DNA from: Chamaesiphon sp.
Lineage (GTDB): Bacteria > Cyanobacteriota > Cyanobacteriia > Cyanobacteriales > Chamaesiphonaceae
Length of the DNA: 64,000 nt
Assembly: GCA_965246715.1 (NCBI GenBank)
Contig: CBDFFH010000027.1
Location: 96,001 to 160,000, forward strand
Direction of reading: 5' to 3'
A program made the position numbers and the translations under genes. Shown one piece after another: positions 10,501 to 20,799 of this stretch (positions within the stretch are counted from its first letter, which is position 1; each line of letters starts with the position of its first letter). Under the pieces are notes generated by a model. That model was given only the letters and a program-made list of their open reading frames with translations, searched no databases and was not told the origin of the DNA.

Positions 10501-10688
10501 GCTTCTAACAGACGATGCTCCACAGCGGGATCGTTGGTGGGGTGCGCTAGATCTTGGGTAGCTCCGACCGATCGCAGGTCTTCAGGCAAACGCGATCGTA
10601 GATTAGCGTTCTCTTGCTCCAGAGCTGCAAGTTGTTCTTGTAGTTGGGCAATTTCCTCGTGGAGTGGATCGATCGATGGTTCTAGTAT
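7503..10688 (-). CDS. multi-GAF sensor histidine kinase (HisKA_3 type)
   Basis: Repeated GAF-like segments (..FDDC..); ERNRMAREIHDTLAQ H-box, QEALTNA and DNGAGFD. The reading frame is open upstream of the TTG at 10589 to an ATA at 10688, so the start is uncertain. Confidence 0.9.
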   Translation of the reverse strand: MLEPSIDPLHEEIAQLQEQLAALEQENANLRSRLPEDLRSVGATQDLAHPTNDPAVEHRLLEATARVANALLTIAPLDVAVNAALQVMGEALDTDRVGVIENFDNPSDSSSVWWRLLYEWTSPHAIPQIAHPDLAQGSYEGIEEWYAGLSQGQGVSCLLENMPEPFRSGQAALGLKALHFVPIFVERQYWGAIGFDDCRAAKHRSLAELAVLKIAADCIGSEIERQRAQQATHRAEQEFVEELQQLTHDGQQSYRLLSVVAQIAKDLLEAEDVNTAILAALQAVGNVANMSRVMLILERQAPGTQRLTHYVEQEWTAPEISDHAAVGMMAIDNEGFQVLIQPLHTGRSIWYTIDELPAVTRSQFEKLDIQSTGVVPIFIEGRYVGCVSFDDCVSARHWSQQEIDVLTTAAESIGAALHRQQLVDLLIVERGAEQERAAELERVNEVLRERSYELQRSYRILEATAQATDALLTIENFDRAVNTALQILGESLETDRTKVLESLFDDASRPFSRYHNLLYEWTSPGTVRQLSHTRQVDTRGQMEGFFEGFLQTNGFGGLLEEWDRSLHAAFQALGVKSLYVVPIWVNEQWWGILAFDDCREAKHRTPAEMAGLRTVANCLGSAIERQRRNREHEEAERQVLLEREEVALERAAELSTVNDSLHVEAMERQRAERSMQGQAEALVGMLTALAAAPVLDNFLGIVLREIVEQLGGHAGSIWLYDESQNTTLLHLNYEDGQIQQGSQIPHLGRDRNFLRQWNTEYLQVLRQQKMLIQDLQQFANNPAYEAYYTHNQQHGIKTILVAALFFGETLLGSIILRCTQHQEYKSEDLTLVRVLTHQAALAIQLTRLAEQGKQAAIGEERNRMAREIHDTLAQSFTSIQMQLEAALRLLARNPEQAQACITLAQDLAKTGLAEARRSVWALQPEAEDYRQLATTLQRLAAQQTIETSIQVEVVIVGTPYTLPPDVGMNLLRIGQEALTNALRHASAQTILTLTYAPDRIQLQIQDNGAGFDPQQLSSGFGLIGMQQRSDRLGGKFAIDSQIGHGTEVKVTVPIQPEQERD

Positions 10689-11005
10689 CCTCTTTTTCTC
10701 CTGCTTTCAGAAGCTAAGCTGACTTACAGACTTACGGTTCGCGATCGGGAACCCTTTGCCACCAATTCAGAAATGTTATCTACCATATTAGTCTCAATTG
10801 AGCGATCGAGTTCTCAGCGAATGTAACAAAGTGTGGCACCCCAAGTCCGTCGATGTCTTTGGTCGTAATCTCTAGTTAATCTAATAGGGTTTGGAACAGC
10901 GTGCCTATCCTATTACAGCTCCTAAAGCTCGCGATGTCCATGTCTTTTAACAAAATATTAGTATTTTTGTTCTATAATAAACTTGAAATCTAATTTCTTG
11001 CGCTC

Positions 11006-11227
11006 GTGATGAATACATTTACGATCTATAACGCTAAATCCCAGTTCTCCAAATTATTATCCCGCGTGGAACTGGGGGAAGAAATAATCATTGCCAATCG
11101 AGGGATTGCAGTTGCTAGGTTAGTTCCTGTGGAAAATAAGCGATCGCGTAGTCGCAGCATGGGTGTCGATCGCGGATTGTATTACATCTCCTCCAGTTTC
11201 AACAATCCGCTGCCTCCTTATTTATAA
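11006..11227 (+). CDS. Phd/YefM family antitoxin
   Basis: TIYNAKSQFSKLLSRVELGEEIIIANRGIAVARLVP. Confidence 0.85.
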   Translation: MMNTFTIYNAKSQFSKLLSRVELGEEIIIANRGIAVARLVPVENKRSRSRSMGVDRGLYYISSSFNNPLPPYL

Positions 11228-11278
11228 GCACTACTATCCTCGTATTTCAACTAAACAAGAGTAAGGAATCGATCGCGA

Positions 11279-11765
11279 GTGAAAATACTAATCGATGCTC
11301 AGTGTTTTTTGTGGTGGTTTGTCGAACCCGATCGCTTGAGTGCGGAAACGATCGCCGCCATCTCTGACGAAACTAACTCCCTCTGGTTTTCAGTCGCCAG
11401 CGCGTGCGAGCTGACAATGAAGGTGTCACTGGGAACGTTATCGCTGCCCGAACCGTTGGTGTAGCCTACCGTAGGTAATCGATTCGTATCTTGCCAGCCG
11501 GATGAAAAAGTTGAGGGCACAATTTTTGGATATTCGAGCAGATCAGGTATTAAAGATAGCAACGTTGCCGCTAGATCGATTCGATCTGATCCTCCTCGCC
11601 CAAGCACGAGTCGAGGGGATGACCCTTGTTACTGCGAACCCAGATCTGGCTAATAACGATGTGGAAATCCTCCTCAACGACTCGGACGAATGCAACACCA
11701 ATAGAATGTCCGGGAGTCAAAGAGCCAGAACCGAATTAGCGTCAGGCAAAAGTCTAAATCGATAG
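11279..11765 (+). pseudogene. vapC: PIN-domain VapC toxin disrupted by a 22-bp insertion
   Basis: Two ORF halves equal the intact copy at 27100-27564 once 11456-11477 is removed. Confidence 0.9.
11456..11477 (+). mobile_element. 22-bp double-hairpin micro-element in CG^ATCG
   Basis: TTGGTGTAGCCTACCGTAGGTA; the empty site is visible in the paralog near 27385. Confidence 0.9.
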
Positions 11766-11870
11766 TCGCCAAGTTCGGGAACCGTCGCTATTAATTCAAG
11801 GAAACTCAACGGAGATTGCAAGATCCGAAAATCGAACTCAACATCGACCGTAAATTCGCACACATTGAAA

Positions 11871-11907
11871 GAGTAGTTAGTTAGCTATGTGGCTGACTAA
11901 CTACTCC
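11871..11907. terminator. hairpin downstream of vapC (possible terminator)
   Basis: GAGTAGTTAGTTAGC-tatgtg-GCTGACTAACTACTC followed by a T-run; mirrored near 26960-26995. Confidence 0.55.
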
Positions 11908-12206
11908 ATTTTTTTCATTAATTGTAAAGTTTTATTTGCTATTCGATCTGACCTTGCTTATTTTTGTCAATCGTCTATAATCTCATGCGAATAAAAGAGG
12001 GGTTGAATTTAACTTAACCAACTAATTAAGTCAAGTTTATACTGCTTTGAGCACGGCTGTTATTGCTTAATTCCCGATCGACTGAATCTTGGATTAAAGG
12101 CAATTGCAGCCTAGATTTTTATATCTAAACCGTTCGTAGTTTGACGTGCAATTGCTCGAATAAATCGAGTCAAAACTTATCTTCCTTGAAAACATAGAGT
12201 GTCATC

Positions 12207-12632
12207 ATGAACTACACCACTTCACTAAGCAAACCTAGAAATAAAATTTCTTGGAAATATATTCAGTATGCCTTGATTTCCTGTTTCTCCCCAATTATTT
12301 GGGGATGGAACTTAGCTCCTAGAGCTGATGCCGCTCCAATCTACGATGCTTTCGTAACAGTATCGACTACTAAGATTGCAACGATAATGGCTGGCTTCCC
12401 AGTCGCAGGGCCGCTATTTACGACTCTGTTTACTGCGATTGTCAATCTGATCCCTTGGTCTGTATTGCTGATAGTCGGTGGTATTGTCATCTGGCAAGCT
12501 TATCTGGGATATCAGGAATACGATCGAGAAAACTTTTCTGGGATAGTTAAACCGATGTTAAATATCATCGTCCTGGTAATTCTCGTCATTGCCACAGATA
12601 GAATTATCAACTTTATATTTACTGGTGCTTAA
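12207..12632 (+). CDS. membrane protein, TrbC/VirB2 pilin-like (copy 1)
   Basis: Signal-like N-terminus (RADA) and hydrophobic helices; first gene before virB3/virB4-like genes. Confidence 0.55.
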   Translation: MNYTTSLSKPRNKISWKYIQYALISCFSPIIWGWNLAPRADAAPIYDAFVTVSTTKIATIMAGFPVAGPLFTTLFTAIVNLIPWSVLLIVGGIVIWQAYLGYQEYDRENFSGIVKPMLNIIVLVILVIATDRIINFIFTGA

Positions 12633-12676
12633 TTCAATTAAATGTCTAATAGCTGTGACAGCTTTTACCTAATTAT

Positions 12677-12970
12677 ATGGAAAGAAAAACGCGAATCGAA
12701 GTCAATAGAGCATTGAGACGGAGAGCGAAGATGATGGGTATCCCTCGCGATGTCGCGATCGTTTTGGCACTAATCGTGGTTTTCTGTCTATTTCTAGGAT
12801 ATTTGAAAGTTCCTGGTAACATCGTTACAGCTATTTTTGTCACTTTATTTTTCACTGCCATACTCTCTCTCAAGGATGTCCTAGCAAGAAACAGGGAACC
12901 AAAAAATTACACCAGAGGATGTCTAAATTATCGTTCGCCTAGCGCTCCCTTGGGGAAATCGCCGCTTTAA
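12677..12970 (+). CDS. VirB3-like membrane protein (copy 1, altered)
   Basis: Two TM segments; 9-bp deletion and altered C-terminus relative to 25887-26216. Confidence 0.55.
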   Translation: MERKTRIEVNRALRRRAKMMGIPRDVAIVLALIVVFCLFLGYLKVPGNIVTAIFVTLFFTAILSLKDVLARNREPKNYTRGCLNYRSPSAPLGKSPL

Positions 12971-13040
12971 GAAAAATTAGTTTGCCACCGCTTCAGTGAA
13001 TTAATTACTTGGTTTAAATCCTTTAATTTGTTTATCGGTT

Positions 13041-13108
13041 ATGAAAAATAAAGAAGGCAAAAAATCTCAAAAGCCACAACGACAGCTCAGAAAAATAAAG
13101 CATGAAGG
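13041..13108 (+). pseudogene. first ~22 codons of a VirB4-like ATPase, cut by ISKra4
   Basis: MKNKEGKKSQKPQRQLRKIKHEG versus MKNKESNKPLSQKLKLRKIRHKG of 23049-25838. Confidence 0.7.
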
Positions 13109-14122
13109 GGGAGCATCCCACTTTTTATTCGATCGACAGAGGTAAATCTTATGTACTATTATGATGGTTGAGGAATTTGCCTCTAAATGGAAGCAGATTG
13201 ACAATAATTTTGAGATAATGAAGTCAAGCCAAGTACATTAAAGTAGTGTGATGAGTCCAGAAGAACGAGAAGAGATTGCAGCATATACTGAAGCAATTGC
13301 TAAAATCCTGTATAAAAATACGCCGATAGAACAACTAACTAGCTTAGGGAAAATAGAAGAGGTGGTGCGAGATAGAATGCAAGAATATGTGATGCCGTCA
13401 GTCGGAATTTTTTTATCAAAAATGTCACCGGAGAAAGCGGTGGATACGAAAGACATATTAAAAGCATCATCGGAGAGCTAGTGATTACAAGTAATCAGGC
13501 CAACAAGCTGGAAGTAAAAAGTCATTCACAAATTAGCCCTTACTTAGAAGCATGTTGTTTGAGGATAAGTGCATCAGTTTCTTATGAAAGGACGACTGAA
13601 GAAATTAAATATTTAACGGGAATAGAAATATCGAAAAGTACTCAACAGAGATTGATTCATCGACAAGAATTTGAATTGCCACAAGCTGAATCAATTGTCG
13701 CAGAATTAAGTGTAGATGGCGGCAATATCCGAGTCCGAACATTAGAAGGAGAGCCATCTAGCTGGAAAGGGTATAAAGCAACAGTATTGCATGGACACCA
13801 GGTAATTGCAGGTTCATTCCAAGAAAATGATGTGCTTATTAGCTGGGTAAATAGTCAAGAGTTAGCACCGATTGTTACTTGCTTGGGTGATGGACATGAT
13901 GGCGTATGGAATATTATTCAAGAATTTGCACCGACTGGAGAAAGAAGAGAAATTCTTGATTGGTTCTGGAGCGATTGAATCTACGATTAAGCAGATAGAT
14001 CGTCGCACAAAAATCTCTGGAGCGCAGTGGAAGGCTGAAAACGTCCCTCAAGTACTAGCCCATCGCTGCGCTTACCTTAATGGGTTAATTTGCGATCGCT
14101 AAATAAAAAGTGGGATGCTCCC
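13109..14122 (+). mobile_element. ISKra4-family insertion sequence, internally deleted
   Basis: 21-bp TIR GGGAGCATCCCACTTTTTATT at both ends; transposase pieces with ELSVDGG, GDGHDGVW, EILDW and IGSGAIES; no target duplication. Confidence 0.8.
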
Positions 14123-14814
14123 AAACATATCTTGCTATTCATTTGACCGATCGACCGATCTATTTCCATGATTTGGTTGCCAATCGCACTTTAATAGAAT
14201 GTCCGATCGGTATGGCTATTTATCATAGTCATCTTGAATCGATTAAGAACATCGGTGAAGAAAATGAGTTTGACGAGCGATGTCAGATATTTGTTGGGTG
14301 GTTATACGATCTCGCTGGACAAAAGGAATTATACGATGGCGAGTATGTCGGCCAACCTTTATATATTAAAGGACAATATATACTCGATATCGTCGAAAAA
14401 GCCGGATACTCTGATTTTTATTCCTGTTCTCTGGAAGAATATTTAGGTCTGCCGTTCGATCCCGAAAGACTATATTTCGTGCCACCACATTTTGTCAAAG
14501 ATGAAATTCTCAATCTGTCGCGATTGGGGATAGATCGCATTGTTGAGTGGAATAGTCCAGTGGATATTTGCAATGTATTTACCGAACAAGATCGATCGAC
14601 TGGCTCTAGTTCTCTATGTGTTATTGGTGGCGATCTCGAACAATCTTTAGATACGGCAGGCTTTAAAAGAGAATTCTTTATCGACAGCAATAAAAAGTAT
14701 TATATCCCTGCCAATTTAACGATCGATGGGCAATTCAGATCGCTAACTTCTGATGATATTTGCGATCTGGTTGCATACAACGAGAAAAATATTAAACATT
14801 GCGCTCCTTTCTGA
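14123..14814 (+). CDS. hypothetical protein, probably 5'-truncated by the IS
   Basis: The ORF track start (14110) lies inside the IS TIR. Confidence 0.5.
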
Positions 14815-14838
14815 ATTTTTAATTAGGAAAAATAGATG

Positions 14839-15786
14839 CAGGAAATTAACATCATCAGGTACGGCAAAGAGCACACTTTTTAATTTTAGCTTCGCAGCAA
14901 ACTAAAGTCAATCAGTTGATGGACATATTTGATATTAGTTATAAAACGGTTTATAACTGGATAAATCGATGGGAGTCGGAAGGAATGGTCGGGCTATATA
15001 ATCAACCAGGCAGAGGCAGGAAAAAGACATTTAATTCTGATCAATCAAAAAAAATTAAAGACTGGGCAAAGCAGGAGCCAAGACAGTTGAAACAAGTGGT
15101 ACAAAAAGTCAAAGCGGAATGGGATATTGACATTAGTACTAAAACCATCAAGAGAATACTTAAATCATTGTCAATGAGTTGGCATCGGATGCGCCGAGGT
15201 GTTAGGGGAGAGCCAGATCCAGCGGAATACATCCAAAAGCAAGCAGAGCTAGCCAAATTAAAACAATTAGAAGATGCTGGAGAAATTAGTTTGTATTATT
15301 TAGATGAAACTGGTTTTTGCTTGATTCCTGTGGTACCTTATGGCTGGCAAAATATTGGTGAATATTTATCAATAGATAGTAGTCGGAGTAAGCGATTAAA
15401 CGTTTTAGGAATTATCAGCCGAAAGAATCATCTTGAAGCCTATATCTCAACTCAAACTATTAACTCTGACGTGATTGCTACCTGTATAGATACTTTTTTC
15501 CCAGTTGTCAATCTACCTACTTATATTGTGGTAGATCGAGCGAGTATTCATACTAGTGGGGCGATTTTTGAACGCCTTGAAGAATGGAAAGAGAGAGGTA
15601 TAACTATCTTTGAATTGCCTGCTTATTCTCCTGAATTAAATTTAATTGAGATCTTATGGCGATTTATTAAATATGAATGGCTGACAATAGATGCGTACTC
15701 TAGCTGGCAATCATTGGTATTGTCTGTTGAAAAGATCCTCAAAGAATTTGGTAAAAACTATGTAATTAATTTTGTCTAGCTACTTA
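14839..15786 (+). mobile_element. IS630-family transposase, left end missing (ORF 14916-15779)
   Basis: YLDETGF, VVDRASIH and LPAYSPELNLIEILW DDE motifs; HHQVRQRAH N-terminal remnant upstream. Confidence 0.85.
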
Positions 15787-17343
15787 ACTCGCGAAAATCC
15801 CTCTGAAACACCTTCTGTCAAATCGGCTACAGTATCTCGTACAAATTCATCAGAAGCAGCTATAGATTCTGGATTTAAAGTTACTCAAAAAGATTCAAGT
15901 AACCCCGACCTCAGCCCTAAGCAACAGGCGGAGCAATCGATCGCACAATTAAATAGCCTCTTGGTAAATCAGAAGCACTTTAAGCGCGATCTAGATGTTA
16001 ACGGGACTAAATATAGTTTTGAGAAATATCGAGGTGGTGCGATAAATATTGAATCCTTAGATTCTAAGTTATTTGCAAAGCAAAGGAGAATTACATTTGG
16101 AGGAGATGAATCAAAAATAATTCGAGATTTACCAGAAATCGTTGCGCGGGTAGATCGAGAGTTAGATCTGGAACGACCGAAGCAGATAAATAATCGAACT
16201 GAAGTTTTATACGGCTACGACTCAAGTAATAATTTCATTGAAAAGACCCTCTCCCAAAAAGATGCCCAAGCTATCCTCGATCTGATGGATGGAAAAGAAG
16301 GAACTACTATCGCAGGGGGAGAGAATCTGCTAATCGAATATGATGGTAAAAAGCTATTTGAAACCGACGCTCAAGGGGTGGTAACTTACAGTGCTTACGA
16401 TCGCGATCCCGAACTTCTGAGCAGTGTCAAACTCAAGGATGAGCAGGGATTGACCGACCTCAAGAATTACGCTAAACGCATGGCTGCGTCTCCCGATCGT
16501 GAGGCTAAAGTCACTAAAACTGCCGATGTAGTAGTACCAGATCCACCTCAAGAAGTTAGTAAAGTAGCACCCCAATCCCCGCTCGGAAAAACGCTCGACC
16601 GCCTCGGCGCGCTTCGCGATCGCGCCGAATCTACAACAGATGTAGATCCCCAGCAAGCATCTAGTGTCGTTTACGATCGAGTCCTCAAGTCAGAATTTGC
16701 TAAAGCTAAATCCGTCAACCGCGCTGAAAAGACGATCGAGGCGGTGAAATTCAAACTAAACCCTCAAACTCGCAAAGGAACGCGCTCCATCTCCGTTAAG
16801 CCAAGTAAAGATGCCGATTTTGTCAAAATTGGCGAAGTCGATAAAGAGGGTAAATTTAATCCAGATCCCAAACTTAACGATCCCAATGTTACTAAAGCAC
16901 TCGATCGAGTCTTGGCGGCACGAGGCATCGATCCTCAACTAGTTAAAGAAGCCCAACAAGTTGAAGTAGCCGCTCGATCCAAAGATCCTCAATACCTCCC
17001 ACTCACTCAGGAAAACGCGCCCAAACCCACGCAGAATATTGTCAAATCCCCTGAATTAGCCACTGCTGGTAACGCTTCAGGTGTTAATACACCCAAACCC
17101 AAGCCAAAGACTAAAAATAACACCCCTGAATTATCTACCACGGCTAGTAACGCTCCGAGCGTTACTAGCCCTAATACCACTCTGAATATCGGTAATGATT
17201 CGCCTGAGTTAGCTTCTGCCCCTACCAACTCTCCAGGCGTTAGCGTTCCGACTCGTGGCGAAAAAGAAGCTGTGCAAGTCCCATCAAGCGGCGGCACTCC
17301 CGAAAGATCGCTCCCAGAACCCGAAGTATCCCAGAACCGATAA
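15787..17343 (+). CDS. plasmid-type hypothetical protein, N-terminus likely lost; low-complexity repeat tail
   Basis: The 523-aa frame begins inside the IS630 end; three PEL(A/S)..N.P/S.V..P repeats near the C-terminus. Confidence 0.6.
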   Translation, partial: TRENPSETPSVKSATVSRTNSSEAAIDSGFKVTQKDSSNPDLSPKQQAEQSIAQLNSLLVNQKHFKRDLDVNGTKYSFEKYRGGAINIESLDSKLFAKQRRITFGGDESKIIRDLPEIVARVDRELDLERPKQINNRTEVLYGYDSSNNFIEKTLSQKDAQAILDLMDGKEGTTIAGGENLLIEYDGKKLFETDAQGVVTYSAYDRDPELLSSVKLKDEQGLTDLKNYAKRMAASPDREAKVTKTADVVVPDPPQEVSKVAPQSPLGKTLDRLGALRDRAESTTDVDPQQASSVVYDRVLKSEFAKAKSVNRAEKTIEAVKFKLNPQTRKGTRSISVKPSKDADFVKIGEVDKEGKFNPDPKLNDPNVTKALDRVLAARGIDPQLVKEAQQVEVAARSKDPQYLPLTQENAPKPTQNIVKSPELATAGNASGVNTPKPKPKTKNNTPELSTTASNAPSVTSPNTTLNIGNDSPELASAPTNSPGVSVPTRGEKEAVQVPSSGGTPERSLPEPEVSQNR

Positions 17344-18613
17344 TGTCACAACCAGACCTTACCCAACTAATGACTCAGCACCGGATAATCTTGGTGCGCT
17401 GTAATCCACTCGATCGCGAATGGATCGTCAGTACTCACTTGAGCGATTGCCAGCGGTGGCGATTGAATGTTGCGATTCTCCAAGGGAGAGGCTACGCCAA
17501 CGCCAACGATGCGATCGCTTCGCTCGATTTATCTACGAATATAATTGGAAGCTGCCGACTGCTGCGGAAATTACCGAGTTATTTGGCGAATACCACTTCG
17601 AGCCAAGCGAGCGCAATCTCAGGCTGGCATCGGGGCTAGCTTACCAAGATCTCAAGCTCGCACTGCAACAATCGATCGACCATCCAGAGCCAGAACTATA
17701 TTTAGAAACTTATCGCAACGCACGACTTTCCCTGCTAGGTGTTAAATACGATCCGCCCCCAGCATTCAAAGAAATCGCTGGATTAGATGAATTGGTGCTG
17801 GCAATCGATAAGCTGAAATTTAGATTCAGCCAACGTGCGATCGATATTGGACTACCTTACCCGAAAGGCTGGCTGCTAGTCGGGATACCAGGAACGGGAA
17901 AAACATATTCTGCGCGATCGATCGCCTCAGCACTGGGCTACCCCATGTTATCGCTAGAGATCGACAAAATTAAGGTCGGTGGTTTGACGGCAATGGCAAG
18001 GGTTTTAGAAATCGCTCGCGTTTGTGCCCCATGTATTTTCTACATGGACGAGATCGAGAAGCTATTTACCAGGGACGATAAGCCACTTCTATCCCTACTA
18101 TTAACTTGGCTGCAAGATAAAACATTCCCAGTTTTTGTTATCGGTACTCTCAATCGGATTGAAGATTTACCCGTTGAGGCTACTCGTGCTGGTCGATTTG
18201 ATTGTGTTTGGGAAGTCGATTCTCCCGATGCCGAATCTCGTCTGAATTTATTCATACTATTTCTCAACCGATTTGACTCTAGATTTAAAGACGATCTAGT
18301 TTTTGATAAATACGAGTGGCAAAGCATTCTCGATGAAACGATTGAGTATGTCGGTGCAGAAATCGAGCAAATTGTCATCGATACAATTGCAAGAATTAAA
18401 GAGGGCGATCCTGATGGAGAAGTTACAGCAAGAGATTTACTTGAGGAAGCAATGCAATTTAATTGTCTGTTCGAGCGCAATTCCAAACAAATTGTCACAA
18501 TCAGAAACTCAATCCGCGAATTAGCAAAGCCCTCTCATTCAAAAAAACAGAGTATTCTGGCACCTCGGAATTTCGATCCTTACCGACCTGCAAAAGTAAC
18601 ATCATCAAATTAA
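17343..18613 (+). CDS. AAA+ ATPase; 5' region split across two frames
   Basis: Walker A GIPGTGKT, Walker B IFYMDE and SRH TRAGRFD; the plausible start at 17343 is in a different frame from the ATPase domain. Confidence 0.75.
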
Positions 18614-18640
18614 AAACCGATCTAATATATTAATACCAAA

Positions 18641-19288
18641 ATGTTTAAAGTTACTAATAAAAATAGTGGCGATACCAGTAAGTCTCCACTTACTAGTTAT
18701 CTGGATGCTATCGATCGAACAGAAGCATTAGCTAATATCGACAAGCTCGTTAACAGCCGCGAATTATCTACCGATGATGAGATCTATCATATAACTGGGA
18801 CGGTCGCCCAAATTGAGAAAATTAGCGAGTATCTACATGTGGTTACTTCTGCTGTGCCTCAAGCAATTCAAATGTTACTCGAAGAAGAACGTCAACAACG
18901 TCAAACCGAATCTTCAACAATCGATACTCGACAAGAACAACTACTTACAAAACTCGATCGAGATCGCGAAACTTATCGCGACTTAACCAAACAAGCGATC
19001 GATCGTAGCGGTAGGAATATTAACAATAGACTCATGAGTTTATCTTGGAGTCTAGGCGGTTTCTCGATCGGCATGGTAGCTACATCATTACTGGCATATT
19101 TTGTAGTCTTTCCTCAACAATTAAGATTAGCCAGAGGTTCTGATGGAGCGATGCTGGAATGGTTGAGTACGTCCGATGGCAAGATTCTTCGTCGTGCATT
19201 TGTGTCTGGGAATAGATCGGTAGAAGCATGTATTCATAAAGGAATTAAAAAAACTGGTAAAACTGTATGTATGTTGGAGATCCGTTGA
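18641..19288 (+). CDS. coiled-coil protein with one TM helix (plasmid-associated hypothetical)
   Basis: 215 aa with a hydrophobic stretch LSWSLGGFSIGMVATSLLAYFVVF. Confidence 0.65.
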   Translation: MFKVTNKNSGDTSKSPLTSYLDAIDRTEALANIDKLVNSRELSTDDEIYHITGTVAQIEKISEYLHVVTSAVPQAIQMLLEEERQQRQTESSTIDTRQEQLLTKLDRDRETYRDLTKQAIDRSGRNINNRLMSLSWSLGGFSIGMVATSLLAYFVVFPQQLRLARGSDGAMLEWLSTSDGKILRRAFVSGNRSVEACIHKGIKKTGKTVCMLEIR

Positions 19289-19376
19289 TATGGCAAACAA
19301 TAAAAAAGAAGAGCATTCCGAACAAATAATTAATGAGCATTTCACTTCCACATTACATCTCTGTAATGGATTCTTA

Positions 19377-20293
19377 GAACCTGTTTGAAAAGTTTGAGGA
19401 TAGCTTACCCAGCATGAGTTTTAGGCTCTAATCGACGAACCATCAAATGAACCATAGCAGCAAACAGCATCATTTCGCTGGTAGTGGGCAAAAATTCATA
19501 GTCTTTACTTAAACGCCGATAATGTCCAAACCAGGAGTAAGTCCGCTCCACCACCCAACGTTTAGGAATAACCTGAAAACCAGGTTTCTCATCAGTACGC
19601 TTGAGATGTTCCAACTTCCAGCCAAACTGTCGTTCGATCTTTGCCACAAATTCCTTACCAGCAAAGGTGCTGTCGATCCAAATCACTTGCAGGCACTGCC
19701 ATAACCAAGCCCAGAACGTGGCTAGTAAAATCATCCCCGCATGGTCGGAGCGTCCAGCACTATGCACACAGACACCCAGCAGCAGACCCATTGTATCGAC
19801 CAAGATGGTTCGTTTACGTCCTTTAACCTTCTTGCCACCATCAAATCCGATCTCCTCACCCCCACTGGCTGTTTTCACCGATTGACTATCCACGCTCCCT
19901 GCACTCGGTTGGGCATTTCTTCCGGCTGCTAGTCGCACCTTTACTCGTAATTCATGATTGAGTTTCTGCCATGTCCCATCTGCCTCCCATGCGCGGAAAT
20001 AGGTGTAAACACTCGGCCATTTTGGTAGGTCATGGGGCATTGCTCGCCATTTAATCCCGTTAGCCAGCAGATAGAAGATTGCATTGAGCACTTCTCTCAT
20101 CTCTAAGCTCCGAGGACGACCTCCTTGTTTGGCCGCCGGAATATACGGTTCTAAAATTTGCCACTGGTCATCTGTGAGGTCTGTGTCGTATGCTAGTCGT
20201 GTCATTATAAGGGTCTGTTTTTAGACCCTTTTACTTTACAATTGCCTTGTCACAGAGGCTCAGAGGCGTTCTCAATACTTTTCAAACAGCTTC
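19377..20293 (-). mobile_element. IS5-family IS (IS1031-like); transposase 19405-20205
   Basis: YDTDLTDDQW, VDSQSVK, KRWVVERTYSW and RRLSKDYE motifs; TIR GAA(C/G)CTGTTTGAAAAGT; flanks TTA and TCA differ. Confidence 0.9.
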
Positions 20294-20779
20294 TCAGGCA
20301 AGAGTGTAGCGATATGCAGTTGTCGGAATTTTTCTTCCGCCTTCGACAGCGATACCAGGATCGGGAATATTTCCCTTTTCTGGTAGCGTGTTTCGCCAAG
20401 TATAAATACCACTCATGGTTTTTTGAGCGAAGAACTTAATCAGCGTTGGCGACCGATCGGTTCCTGTGAAAAATTCGAGATTTTCGGTTTCACCATTACC
20501 ACGAGTAATGAAAGTTGGCATCGATCGCGAGATGGCAGCAAATAACATGCCGATAATAGCTACTCCAAAAAAAACATTAATAACCAGCAACCCGAAGGTG
20601 GCGATTTTCCAACCAGTAATGATATTTTTCGAGCGGATTGTTTCGGAACTATCTACGATATATTCATCTTGCGTATCATCTCTCGAATCGTGGAGAACTA
20701 TTACCGATGAATGTTCATCTTGTTGTGGAACAAAGTTTGATATTTGTCTGACTTTCATTGTTTTACAATAGAGTGACAA
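20294..20779 (-). pseudogene. conjugation membrane protein (VirB8-position), truncated by IS5
   Basis: Single TM then a periplasmic-type segment; the ORF stops exactly at the IS end. Confidence 0.55.
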
Positions 20780-20799
20780 TCCGATAGTAGAAACTATAA

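Larger units (their letters stand above)
10878..13108 (+). repeat. ~2.2-kb diverged inverted duplicate of 25770-27964
   Basis: Same gene order (vapB, vapC, pilin-like, virB3-like, virB4 start) with near-identical small proteins and alignable intergenic DNA. Confidence 0.9.

Noticed and set aside
7503..10589. Cyanobacteriochrome photoreceptor
   Set aside because: The GAF domains lack a recognisable bilin-binding Asp motif and CH motif.
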